This document shows, in pieces, positions 23,990 through 33,674 of a stretch of DNA of 64,000 nt (its first letter is position 1; each line of letters begins with the position of its first letter). A model generated the notes under the pieces. That model was not told where the DNA came from. It saw only the letters and a list, made by a program, of their open reading frames with translations, and did not search any database. The stretch lies in the NCBI GenBank assembly GCA_965262715.1, contig OZ253553.1:2875091-2939090 (forward strand), read 5' to 3'. The position numbers and the translations under genes are program-made. The stretch is from Bdellovibrionales bacterium (lineage in GTDB: Bacteria; Bdellovibrionota; Bdellovibrionia; Bdellovibrionales; JAUICD01).

Positions 23990-24301
23990 TTAATTGATAA
24001 TCCCTAAAACATCATCTTCACGAATCATCAAATATTCCTCTCCCTTTAGCTTTAATTCAGTGCCAGCATATTTGCTAAATAGAATCTGATCACCGCTCTT
24101 AACCTCTAAAGGCAGATATTTTCCATGTTCAGTTTTTTTACCAGAACCAACAGCTATAACACGTCCCTCTTGAGGTTTTTCCTTAGCCGTTTCTGGAATG
24201 TAAATACCCCCAGCTGTCTTCTCCTCTTCAGATAATCGTTGTATCAAAAGGCGATCATGAAGAGGTCGAACCCCAACTGTAGTCGTCATTGTATTGTCCA
24301 T
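23990..24301 (-). CDS. groS: Co-chaperonin GroES
   Basis: RPLHDR, TAGGIYIPETAKEKP. Confidence 0.98.
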   Translation of the reverse strand: MDNTMTTTVGVRPLHDRLLIQRLSEEEKTAGGIYIPETAKEKPQEGRVIAVGSGKKTEHGKYLPLEVKSGDQILFSKYAGTELKLKGEEYLMIREDDVLGIIN

Positions 24302-24524
24302 AACTTATCCTCCCTATAAAAATAATAAAATTATCCAACTATCAGCAATATTGTGATGTGACATGCTAATGTCAAGGGTAAAAACATCTTTTTTCATAAA
24401 TTTTATCTAGACAAGCAAATATCTTGCCGGAAAACCACAACAAGTCATTCATAGTAAGTCACAGCCTTATTTAAGCTTTAAATCAAATTATAATGACTTT
24501 TCAAAATGATATGATGTGCCATGC

Positions 24525-24974
24525 TGTTTCCCTAAAAATAGTCTGGCCTCTGTATCACTAAAGTGCATCTCGTCTGTGTTTCCCTAAAAATAGTCTGGCC
24601 TCTGGCCACTTTCTGGCAGTAAGCCTGACAGTTTACACTGTCAGCAAATAGCTTACTGCCTAGAAAGCCTGACTATTTTTAGGAGGGAGATACTCTTCGC
24701 TTCTTTACAAAATGTTAAGGAAATTGAGCTAAAGTGATTTTTTAGGAAAAAAGATTCTTCAGTTCTGTTTCACTAAAATGCATCTCGTCTGTGTTTCCCT
24801 AAAAATAGTCTGGCCTCTGGCCACTTTCTGACAGTAAGCCTGACAGTTTACACTGTCAGCAAATAGCTTACTGCCTAGAAAGCCTGACTATTTTTAGGAG
24901 GGAGATACTCTTCGTTTTTTTACAAAATGTTAAGGAAATCGAGCTAAAGTGGTTTTTTAGGAAAAAAGATTCTT
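24525..24974 (-). repeat. Two tandem copies (215-bp period) of a nested-hairpin element plus partial tails
   Basis: Hairpins at 24583-24683 and 24798-24898 are near-identical; the duplication includes the last codons of grxD. Confidence 0.9.
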
Positions 24975-25265
24975 AAGCTCTCCTGACTCATACATTTCTG
25001 TCATGATGTCAGATCCACCAATTAACTCTTTGTTCACATAGAGTTGAGGGATGGTTGGCCACTGACCATAAGCTTTAATGCCTTCTCTTATCTCTGGGTC
25101 TTCTAATACATCCACATCTTGGAAGTTGACATTGAGTTCTTTAAGAATAGCTACTGATCTAGCTGAAAAACCACATTGTGGAAAATTAACAGTCCCCTTC
25201 ATAAATAACACAACATTGTTTTTATCTAAAATTTCTTGAATTTTTGATTGGGTGTCTTCACTCAT
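24957..25265 (-). CDS. grxD: Monothiol glutaredoxin Grx4
   Basis: FMKG..PQCGFS, WPTIPQLY, GGSDI. Confidence 0.96.
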   Translation of the reverse strand: MSEDTQSKIQEILDKNNVVLFMKGTVNFPQCGFSARSVAILKELNVNFQDVDVLEDPEIREGIKAYGQWPTIPQLYVNKELIGGSDIMTEMYESGELKNLFS

Positions 25266-25289
25266 TTTTTACCTCTTTCTCTGTTTTAT

Positions 25290-25511
25290 TTATTTTATAT
25301 TAATGGTTAATGCATGTATTTCCCCACTTTTAAGTTGCTCTTCAAAAACACTCATAACTAAGCGATGAGAGGCAATTCTCGACATTTTTGATAGCTGGCT
25401 ACAAGATATAGTAAGTTGATAATGGTTATTTGTTCCCGTTAAGTCAATAACCTCCATCTTAGTATTAGGATATTGTTTCAAAAAATGCTGTTTAACTTCA
25501 TCACTTTGCAT
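25290..25511 (-). CDS. bolA: BolA/IbaG family protein
   Basis: DLTGT.NHY, SRIASHRLV, IHAL; adjacent to grxD. Confidence 0.88.
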   Translation of the reverse strand: MQSDEVKQHFLKQYPNTKMEVIDLTGTNNHYQLTISCSQLSKMSRIASHRLVMSVFEEQLKSGEIHALTINIK

Positions 25512-25545
25512 ACAAAGCCTCTTGTTATCAACTTTAAAGTAGTGT

Positions 25546-25845
25546 TTATAAATAACTGTGTATTTTATTTTTTTCAAGAACAAAATCCACTGATGTTTTT
25601 GTCCCTTTTTTTATGTTACAACCTTGACAAGAAATAACTATATTTAATTTTGATGAATGGCCTCCTCTTGCAAGAGGTAGTTTATGATCCATTGTCAGCT
25701 CATCGGTAGCAAAGGTTTTTTGACAATAATAACAAATACCTTCTTTGAGCTTTTGTCTCCACCATTTTGTAGACCTTAATTGTTTCGCTTTAAGTCTCTC
25801 CTTTTGAAGATGAGACTTTGATTGGGGTTTATAAAAAGTTGTCAA
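25546..25845 (-). CDS. HNH endonuclease
   Basis: CYYC..LTMDH..PLARGG.S...NIV.SC..CN..K. Confidence 0.9.
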   Translation of the reverse strand: MTTFYKPQSKSHLQKERLKAKQLRSTKWWRQKLKEGICYYCQKTFATDELTMDHKLPLARGGHSSKLNIVISCQGCNIKKGTKTSVDFVLEKNKIHSYL

Positions 25846-26083
25846 AACACAAATCCTTAATTGTTACTTCTAGAGACTCTATTTTATTAGCACTTGCTTT
25901 TATAGGGATATTATTATACATTTAGCTATCTTGTGTGTTTTTATATATCTCATGATGCTGAAAATGTCAAAAAACAAATAGCTATTTCAATGATTATGAT
26001 GAGGTGATATAATAATATGAATACAAGTCAAAATGAGTGGTACATCTAAAAAATAAAATTCATATATGAGGGTGTTATAATCA

Positions 26084-26683
26084 ATGCAAAATCAAAGACA
26101 TGCAGACTATGTCATAGAAGACCTTAAAAAAGAAACACAAGGCCTTTTAGAGACAGCAGCTCTTACAACATCTTTTGACAAGTTTATGGCTTGGGGGCGT
26201 AAAAACTCTTTATGGCCTCTGCCTTATGGTACAGCTTGTTGTGGGATTGAATTGATGTCAGTCCTAGGTCCTAAATATGATCTGGCTCGCTTTGGCGCAG
26301 AGGTTGTAAGATTTTCTCCAAGACAATCTGATCTTTTATTAGTGGCAGGAACCATCACAGAAAAAATGGCTCCAGTCTTAATTCATATTTATAAACAAAT
26401 GTTGGAACCTAAATATGTGCTTTCTATGGGAGCTTGCGCTAGTTCAGGTGGTTTTTATAGGGCTTATCATGTTCTCCAAGGTATTGACAAAGTGATTCCT
26501 GTAGATGTGTATGTTCCCGGATGCCCTCCTACACCTGAGGCTGTCCTTGACGGAGTTATGGTTTTACAAAAGATGATTGAAGCTAATAGACCTCGTCCAT
26601 GGAAAGACAACTGGAAGGATACTTGGAAGCCTCATGATTATCAAAAAAGGCAAGATCAAGTGGAATCTTCTCATACAGAATAA
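26084..26683 (+). CDS. nuoB: NADH-quinone oxidoreductase subunit B
   Basis: TACCGIE, SPRQSD, MGACA, VPGCPP. Confidence 0.97.
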   Translation: MQNQRHADYVIEDLKKETQGLLETAALTTSFDKFMAWGRKNSLWPLPYGTACCGIELMSVLGPKYDLARFGAEVVRFSPRQSDLLLVAGTITEKMAPVLIHIYKQMLEPKYVLSMGACASSGGFYRAYHVLQGIDKVIPVDVYVPGCPPTPEAVLDGVMVLQKMIEANRPRPWKDNWKDTWKPHDYQKRQDQVESSHTE

Positions 26684-26713
26684 TCTTAAAGCAATTACAT
26701 AAGTAGGAATGAA

Positions 26714-28450
26714 ATGAATCATCTAGATGAGATAAGGAAAGATTTAACACATAAGTTTGATGTTTCTCAATTTCAATTTCAAACAGAATGTGATGATGAT
26801 GTTCTGACAATTCCATGCGATCAAGTCTATGGTGTTGTAGAGCATTTTAAAAAAACAAAAAGATTTGATTTCTTGATGGATGTATGTGGAGTTGACTTAT
26901 TAGAGCACCCTCATTTCACGTCATCACAGGCAAATGGTTCTACTCAGTCATCAGATGTCTCACAAAAAGGACGATTTCATGTAGTATATCACTTCTTCTC
27001 ATCTCAGAACTTTCATCGCTTGCGGCTCAAAACAAAATTACCATCTCATCCTAAGGTCAAATCAATTACTCCTTTATGGAAAGGAGCTAACTGGTTTGAG
27101 AGAGAAGCTTATGATATGTTTGGTATTGAATTTGACGGACATCCTTATTTAGAAAGATTGCTAACGCATCATGAATTTAAAGGGCATCCTTTACGTAAAA
27201 ATTACAGTTCAGATCAGCAGCAGCATTGCTATTCTGTTAAGCCACTTCATTTTGAAAACGATGCTACATACATTAAAGACCCTCATAAAAACTTTGTTTC
27301 TTTAAACATTGGACCTTCACACCCCGCCACTCATGGAACTTTAAGGATTATGGCAGAACTGGATGGAGAGGTTGTTCATCGAGCTAATGTAGAAATTGGT
27401 TTTTTACATCGCTGTTTTGAAAAAATGGCTGAGACTCATCATTACAATCAAGTGATTCCCTATACAGATAGACTTAACTATTGTTCTGCTCCAATGAACA
27501 ATGTAGGTTATTGCAAAGCTGTTGAAAGATTGCTAGACGTTGAAGTTCCTCCAAAAGCGCAAGCTATTCGCATTGTTTTGTGTGAACTAAGCCGTATTAT
27601 TGATCACATGGTGTGTATTGGAGCTAATGCTGTAGACTTAGGAGCACTCACAAGCTTTCTTTATTTGTTTAATATGAGAGAGATGGTCTATGAGCTTTTT
27701 GAAAAACTTTGTGGCGCTCGATTGACGGTTTCTATGACACGTGTTGGGGGCATGGCCAACGATCCACCTGATGGTTGGTTTGATGATGTTTTAGAAACAT
27801 TGAAAAAAATTGAAAAAGGCATTGAAGAAATTGATACACTACTAACTCATAATAAGATTTGGATGAAAAGAACAAAAGGGATTGGCCAAATCACAACAGA
27901 AGAGGCTATTGCTTTTGGATACACAGGTCCTTGCCTGCGTTCTACTGGCATGAATTTAGATTTAAGAAAGGTTATTGGCTATTATGGTTATGACCAACTT
28001 GACTTTGATGTACCTGTAGGAACTTGTGGAGACGTATATGATCGCTACTTGGTTCGTTTAGAAGAAATGAGGCAGTCCATTAAAATTATTAAGCAGGTGG
28101 CAAATAATATTCCAGAAGGAGACTTTACCATTCGTGATAAGCATATTGTGCTGCCAGACAAAAAAGATGTTTATGGAAATATTGAAGGTTTAATGAACCA
28201 CTTTATGTTGGTTATTAAAGGATTAAAACCTCCTCAAGGAGAGTTATACGATATGACAGAGGCTGCAAATGGAGAGCTTGGTTTTTATTTGATCAGTGAT
28301 GGAGAAGCAAAGCCTTATCGTTTGAAAGTCAGGCCACCTTGTTTTGCTATTTTTCAATCCTTTGCTAAAGCTATTGAAGGCAGCCTCCTATCTGATGTGG
28401 TTGCCATTCTTGGAAGCATGAATGTTATTGCAGGAGAGCTTGATAGATAA
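26714..28450 (+). CDS. nuoCD: NADH-quinone oxidoreductase subunit C/D fusion
   Basis: EREAYDMFG, GHPLRK, GPSHPATHG, terminal GELDR. Confidence 0.96.
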   Translation: MNHLDEIRKDLTHKFDVSQFQFQTECDDDVLTIPCDQVYGVVEHFKKTKRFDFLMDVCGVDLLEHPHFTSSQANGSTQSSDVSQKGRFHVVYHFFSSQNFHRLRLKTKLPSHPKVKSITPLWKGANWFEREAYDMFGIEFDGHPYLERLLTHHEFKGHPLRKNYSSDQQQHCYSVKPLHFENDATYIKDPHKNFVSLNIGPSHPATHGTLRIMAELDGEVVHRANVEIGFLHRCFEKMAETHHYNQVIPYTDRLNYCSAPMNNVGYCKAVERLLDVEVPPKAQAIRIVLCELSRIIDHMVCIGANAVDLGALTSFLYLFNMREMVYELFEKLCGARLTVSMTRVGGMANDPPDGWFDDVLETLKKIEKGIEEIDTLLTHNKIWMKRTKGIGQITTEEAIAFGYTGPCLRSTGMNLDLRKVIGYYGYDQLDFDVPVGTCGDVYDRYLVRLEEMRQSIKIIKQVANNIPEGDFTIRDKHIVLPDKKDVYGNIEGLMNHFMLVIKGLKPPQGELYDMTEAANGELGFYLISDGEAKPYRLKVRPPCFAIFQSFAKAIEGSLLSDVVAILGSMNVIAGELDR

Positions 28451-28673
28451 GCTTTATACAGAAGAGGGCTAGCAACAGGCTTAAAACTTAAAGGCTTTGA
28501 TATCGAAAACTCTCACTTTTTTACTTCTTAAGGAATTCTACTTACAACTTGAATCCAAAAATCATTATGTAAGTTTTACATCATTATGTAATTTTTACAA
28601 TTTAAGACGTTTATCAATCATATTTATTGATAAATGTTCCTTTTCATGTTATTCACTCCTAATATTACTTTTT
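28329..28673 (+). repeat. 345-bp target-site duplication, left copy
   Basis: Identical by eye to 32758-33102 and abuts the IS terminal CCTGAC. Confidence 0.92.
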
Positions 28674-29025
28674 CCTGACTTCGACGGTTTAAACTTATAA
28701 GTTACTGGGATCATTGGATGATACATTACATCATAGGCACTACAATTGATTTTTAGTTATGTATTAAGTGTATTTTTATTCAATAAGATAAGGTGTTGTA
28801 GAGTGCTTAAGTCCCATAATCTGATAGATTTTCAGAGCTTCCTTACTTATATTTGAAGGTATAGAGTACTTTCTGTTATTGGTTTGATCTACTAATAAAC
28901 TATGCTGTACATGGATTAAAGCATTTCGTATAATTTCCGGTGAACAGGCTTCATATTGTATCTTCACTCTGTAAGCTAAGTGTCTTATACAGACTAAACA
29001 GATAAAAGCAATGGCTATGTGTGCT

Positions 29026-30945
29026 CCTGACTTCGACGGTTTAAACTCATAAGTTACTGGAATCACTAGATGATACATTACATCATAGGCACTACAATTG
29101 ATTTTTGGTTATGTATTAAGTGTATTTTTATTCAATAAGATAAGGTGTTGTAGAGTGCTTAAGTCCCATAATCTGATAGATTTTCAGAGCTTCCTTACTT
29201 ATATTTGAAGGTATAGAGTACTTTCTGTTATTGGTTTGATCTACTAATAAACTATGCTGTACATGGATTAAAGCATTTCGTATAACTTCCGGTGAACAGG
29301 ATTGGTATTGTATCTTAATTCTGTAAGCTAAGTGTCTTATACAGACTAAACAGATAAAAGCAATGGCTATGTGGGCTTTGATTCGATCTGATGTCCAGTG
29401 AAATATAGGACGTATTTTTAAATCATGCTTAGCTATCCGGAATGTTTCTTCGACTTGCCATAACCCCTTATATTGGCTAATAATGTCTAAATCATCCATA
29501 TCTTTGAGGTTTGTTATGACTCCAAACAAACCATCCCACTTTTGATCTTCTTTGACTCGATTTTCATTGACTGAAAGCTTTTGTTTCTTGCCTGTGACTT
29601 TTAAATACTTCTTATAACCGTAATTGTTTAATAAAGTCTTCACATCTTGAGCCTTTGAGAGTTTCTTAACTAAACTATCTATAGTTTGTTGACGATCATG
29701 TCGATCTTTCTCCGCTCTCTTATAAGAATAACAAACTATCACTTTCCTCTTATTATCTTTATCTTCTAATGATTGAATCTTGAAACCTTCTTGTTTACTG
29801 ACAATTTTGTACTTTGACTTATCTAATACAAGCTCTTGTTTTACTTTTGGTAATTTCTTAAGCTTAGCTCCTACAATATAATGAAGATTCTCATCTTCTA
29901 GTGCTTTTAAATTATCTTCACTTAACATTCCTCTATCAGCGACATAAATAGCTTGTTCTAAGTTATATTTAGACTTCATCTCTTTTATCACTGGATTTAA
30001 GGTATGACCCTCGAAGATAGCACCCGGGAAAGTCTCGTAACTGACAGGAAAACCTTCTTTGGTCACAACGACTGCTAAACACACTTGAGATTCTTTAAAC
30101 TTAGCATCTTTACTGTAACCTCTTTGTCTTAAATCATCTTCAATAATTGATTCAAAATACAGTGTCGTACAATCAAAAAACAAAACTTTCAAAGGCTCTT
30201 TAAAAACCTTTTGTGCCACTTGACCTGCCAGTCTCTTTATCTTATCTATCCTTTTGCTATCTAAACGATCCATCATGCGATAAATCTTCTCTAACGAAAT
30301 ATGAACTCCAAAATCCTCTTCTAAAAATCGACTGCTCTCTCTTTTACTTTGAGGATTAGCTATCCGAGCCATCACTGTATGAAATAAAACCCAATGTGAT
30401 GAATGATAACGACTCACTGGTAAAATGCGATCTAAACCTAATTCCTTGTACATAGCTCCATAAACCTCATGAATACCTACAATGACTCTTTGATCTTCCC
30501 TTAGTTTCTTAAGATCTACTTTTAAGGGTTTATTGCAATGACGAAACTTGGACTCAATCACTTGTTTAGAAATCTCTTCCGGAGCAAAAAAAGATAATTG
30601 ATTTTCATTTGTTAGTTTAGCTTTGATGAATTCTCCAAGCTCTTGAAGACGAAATAGCTCATCCTCATCTTGAGCCACTCCGACATGACGGATGATCTTT
30701 TGGCGAACTTTATTGCCATAACGGATAGAATCAACGATCTGAACTGACTGCCTTGGACTGTTTGGTGTGCTTTTGATTCTTACAAACATAAAAATAATTT
30801 AATGCTTATTAAAAAAAAAGTCAAAATAAAAATAAAAATAATCTGACTTGGTGTGTTACTAGGCACTACATCGAAAACTTACTCCAAAATCCTATAACCA
30901 TCAATGTTACAAAACCAATACCAAACTTAAACCGTCGAAGTCAGG
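29026..30945 (-). mobile_element. IS1634-family element (inner, complete, 1920 bp)
   Basis: Both IRs present and transposase intact. Confidence 0.92.
29128..30789 (-). CDS. IS1634-family DDE transposase
   Basis: FFDCTTLYFE, VADRG, Y..LWQVE..FR..K..L.IRPIFH. Confidence 0.93.
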   Translation of the reverse strand: MFVRIKSTPNSPRQSVQIVDSIRYGNKVRQKIIRHVGVAQDEDELFRLQELGEFIKAKLTNENQLSFFAPEEISKQVIESKFRHCNKPLKVDLKKLREDQRVIVGIHEVYGAMYKELGLDRILPVSRYHSSHWVLFHTVMARIANPQSKRESSRFLEEDFGVHISLEKIYRMMDRLDSKRIDKIKRLAGQVAQKVFKEPLKVLFFDCTTLYFESIIEDDLRQRGYSKDAKFKESQVCLAVVVTKEGFPVSYETFPGAIFEGHTLNPVIKEMKSKYNLEQAIYVADRGMLSEDNLKALEDENLHYIVGAKLKKLPKVKQELVLDKSKYKIVSKQEGFKIQSLEDKDNKRKVIVCYSYKRAEKDRHDRQQTIDSLVKKLSKAQDVKTLLNNYGYKKYLKVTGKKQKLSVNENRVKEDQKWDGLFGVITNLKDMDDLDIISQYKGLWQVEETFRIAKHDLKIRPIFHWTSDRIKAHIAIAFICLVCIRHLAYRIKIQYQSCSPEVIRNALIHVQHSLLVDQTNNRKYSIPSNISKEALKIYQIMGLKHSTTPYLIE

Positions 30946-32601
30946 AATAAGATAAGGTGTTGTAGAGTGCTTAAGTCCCATAATCTGATAGATTTTCAGA
31001 GCTTCCTTACTTATATTTGAAGGTATAGAGTACTTTCTGTTATTGGTTTGATCTACTAATAAACTATGCTGTACATGGATTAAAGCATTTCGTATAACTT
31101 CCGGTGAACAGGATTGGTATTGTATCTTAATTCTGTAAGCTAAGTGTCTTATACAGACTAAACAGATAAAAGCAATGGCTATGTGGGCTTTGATTCGATT
31201 TGATGTCCAGTGAAATATAGGACGTATTTTTAAATCATGCTTAGCTATCCGGAATGTTTCTTCGACTTGCCATAACCCCTTATATTGGCTAATAATGTCT
31301 AAATCATCCATATCTTTGAGGTTTGTTATGACTCCAAACAAACCATCCCACTTTTGATCTTCTTTGACTCGATTTTCATTGACTGAAAGCTTTTGTTTCT
31401 TGCCTGTGACTTTTAAATACTTCTTATAACCGTAATTGTTTAATAAAGTCTTCACATCTTGAGCCTTTGAGAGTTTCTTAACTAAACTATCTATAGTTTG
31501 TTGACGATCATGTCGATCTTTCTCCGCTCTCTTATAAGAATAACAAACTATCACTTTCCTCTTATTATCTTTATCTTCTAATGATTGAATCTTGAAACCT
31601 TCTTGTTTACTGACAATTTTGTACTTTGACTTATCTAATACAAGCTCTTGTTTTACTTTTGGTAATTTCTTAAGCTTAGCTCCTACAATATAATGAAGAT
31701 TCTCATCTTCTAGTGCTTTTAAATTATCTTCACTTAACATTCCTCTATCAGCGACATAAATAGCTTGTTCTAAGTTATATTTAGACTTCATCTCTTTTAT
31801 CACTGGATTTAAGGTATGACCCTCGAAGATAGCACCCGGGAAAGTCTCGTAACTGACAGGAAAACCTTCTTTGGTCACAACGACTGCTAAACACACTTGA
31901 GATTCTTTAAACTTAGCATCTTTACTGTAACCTCTTTGTCTTAAATCATCTTCAATAATTGATTCAAAATACAGTGTCGTACAATCAAAAAACAAAACTT
32001 TCAAAGGCTCTTTAAAAACCTTTTGTGCCACTTGACCTGCCAGTCTCTTTATCTTATCTATCCTTTTGCTATCTAAACGATCCATCATGCGATAAATCTT
32101 CTCTAACGAAATATGAACTCCAAAATCCTCTTCTAAAAATCGACTGCTCTCTCTTTTACTTTGAGGATTAGCTATCCGAGCCATCACTGTATGAAATAAA
32201 ACCCAATGTGATGAATGATAACGACTCACTGGTAAAATGCGATCTAAACCTAATTCCTTGTACATAGCTCCATAAACCTCATGAATACCTACAATGACTC
32301 TTTGATCTTCCCTTAGTTTCTTAAGATCTACTTTTAAGGGTTTATTGCAATGACGAAACTTGGACTCAATCACTTGTTTAGAAATCTCTTCCGGAGCAAA
32401 AAAAGATAATTGATTTTCATTTGTTAGTTTAGCTTTGATGAATTCTCCAAGCTCTTGAAGACGAAATAGCTCATCCTCATCTTGAGCCACTCCGACATGA
32501 CGGATGATCTTTTGGCGAACTTTATTGCCATAACGGATAGAATCAACGATCTGAACTGACTGCCTTGGACTGTTTGGTGTGCTTTTGATTCTTACAAACA
32601 T
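30907..32601 (-). CDS. IS1634-family transposase of the outer copy; C-terminus reads into the inner copy's IR
   Basis: Identical to 29128-30789 except one D/N change and the tail PDFDGLSLVLVL. Confidence 0.9.
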   Translation of the reverse strand: MFVRIKSTPNSPRQSVQIVDSIRYGNKVRQKIIRHVGVAQDEDELFRLQELGEFIKAKLTNENQLSFFAPEEISKQVIESKFRHCNKPLKVDLKKLREDQRVIVGIHEVYGAMYKELGLDRILPVSRYHSSHWVLFHTVMARIANPQSKRESSRFLEEDFGVHISLEKIYRMMDRLDSKRIDKIKRLAGQVAQKVFKEPLKVLFFDCTTLYFESIIEDDLRQRGYSKDAKFKESQVCLAVVVTKEGFPVSYETFPGAIFEGHTLNPVIKEMKSKYNLEQAIYVADRGMLSEDNLKALEDENLHYIVGAKLKKLPKVKQELVLDKSKYKIVSKQEGFKIQSLEDKDNKRKVIVCYSYKRAEKDRHDRQQTIDSLVKKLSKAQDVKTLLNNYGYKKYLKVTGKKQKLSVNENRVKEDQKWDGLFGVITNLKDMDDLDIISQYKGLWQVEETFRIAKHDLKIRPIFHWTSNRIKAHIAIAFICLVCIRHLAYRIKIQYQSCSPEVIRNALIHVQHSLLVDQTNNRKYSIPSNISKEALKIYQIMGLKHSTTPYLIPDFDGLSLVLVL

Positions 32602-32757
32602 AAAAATAATTTAATGCTTATTAAAAAAAAAGTCAAAATAAAAATAAAAATAATCTGACTTGGTGTGTTACTAGGCACTACATCGAAAACTTACTCCAAA
32701 ATCCTATAACCATCAATGTTACAAAACCAATACCGAACATAAACCGTCGAAGTCAGG

Positions 32758-33102
32758 TCAGGCCACCTTGTTTTGCTATTTTTCAATCCTTTGCTAAAGC
32801 TATTGAAGGCAGCCTCCTATCTGATGTGGTTGCCATTCTTGGAAGCATGAATGTTATTGCAGGAGAGCTTGATAGATAAGCTTTATACAGAAGAGGGCTA
32901 GCAACAGGCTTAAAACTTAAAGGCTTTGATATCGAAAACTCTCACTTTTTTACTTCTTAAGGAATTCTACTTACAACTTGAATCCAAAAATCATTATGTA
33001 AGTTTTACATCATTATGTAATTTTTACAATTTAAGACGTTTATCAATCATATTTATTGATAAATGTTCCTTTTCATGTTATTCACTCCTAATATTACTTT
33101 TT
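32758..33102 (+). repeat. 345-bp target-site duplication, right copy (includes the nuoD 3' end)
   Basis: Identical by eye to 28329-28673. Confidence 0.92.
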
Positions 33103-33170
33103 AAGATGCATAAAACTTATACGTCAGAGGCTTGCCTTGAGAGGCGTAATTCATTTTGGTAAAATAATAT

Positions 33171-33335
33171 GATTTCCTTAACATGATGTAAAAAAACGAA
33201 GGGAATCTCCTTACTAAAATGCATCAAGCTTTCTAGGCAATGACCTATTTGCTGATGGCGTAAGACCATCAGGGTCATTGCCAGAAAGTCGCCAGAGGCT
33301 TGCCTCGAGAGGCGAGATGCATTTTAGTGAAAAAA
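33171..33335 (+). repeat. Nested-hairpin element, diverged copy
   Basis: Leader and bulges match the reverse complement of the 24.6/24.8-kb copies; stems ACTAAAATGCATC/GATGCATTTTAGT, GGCAATGACC/GGTCATTGCC and CTGATGG/CCATCAG. Confidence 0.85.
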
Positions 33336-33660
33336 GACGAGATGCATTTTAGTGAAAAAAGACGAGATGCATTTTAGTGAAAAAAGACGAGATGCATTTT
33401 AGTGAAAAAAGACGAGATGCATTTTAGTGAAAAAAGACGAGATGCATTTTAGTGAAAAAAGACGAGATGCATTTTAGTGAAAAAAGACGAGATGCATTTT
33501 AGTGAAAAAAGACGAGATGCATTTTAGTGAAAAAAGACGAGATGCATTTTAGTGAAAAAAGACGAGATGCATTTTAGTGAAAAAAGACGAGATGCATTTT
33601 AGTGAAAAAAGACGAGATGCATTTTAGTGAAAAAAGACGAGATGCATTTTAGTGAAAAAA
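33311..33660 (+). repeat. Tandem array, 14 x 25 bp (GACGAGATGCATTTTAGTGAAAAAA)
   Basis: Exact 25-bp period with no spacers; the first unit begins GGC. Confidence 0.97.
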
Positions 33661-33674
33661 GAAAGGATGAAAAA

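Larger units (their letters stand above)
28674..32757 (-). mobile_element. IS1634-family element (outer), interrupted by a second copy of itself
   Basis: IR CCTGACTTCGACGGTTTA at 28674 and its complement ending 32757; 1920 bp long once the inner copy and the 244-bp duplication are removed. Confidence 0.9.

Noticed and set aside
24341..24376. CIRCE element upstream of groES
   Set aside because: TTAGCA..TGCTGA arms are present next to a TTGACA, but the spacing is 16 rather than 15 and the inner CTC/GAG is absent.
24525..24974. Integron attC sites
   Set aside because: No clear RYYYAAC/GTTRRRY ends, no cassette array and no integrase.
28497..33162. Short ORFs 28497-28700 and 32926-33162
   Set aside because: They lie in the duplicated TSD/intergenic DNA, have no RBS or motif, and differ only by read-through.
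33311..33660. CRISPR array
   Set aside because: The units are contiguous and identical with no spacers, and no cas genes are present.
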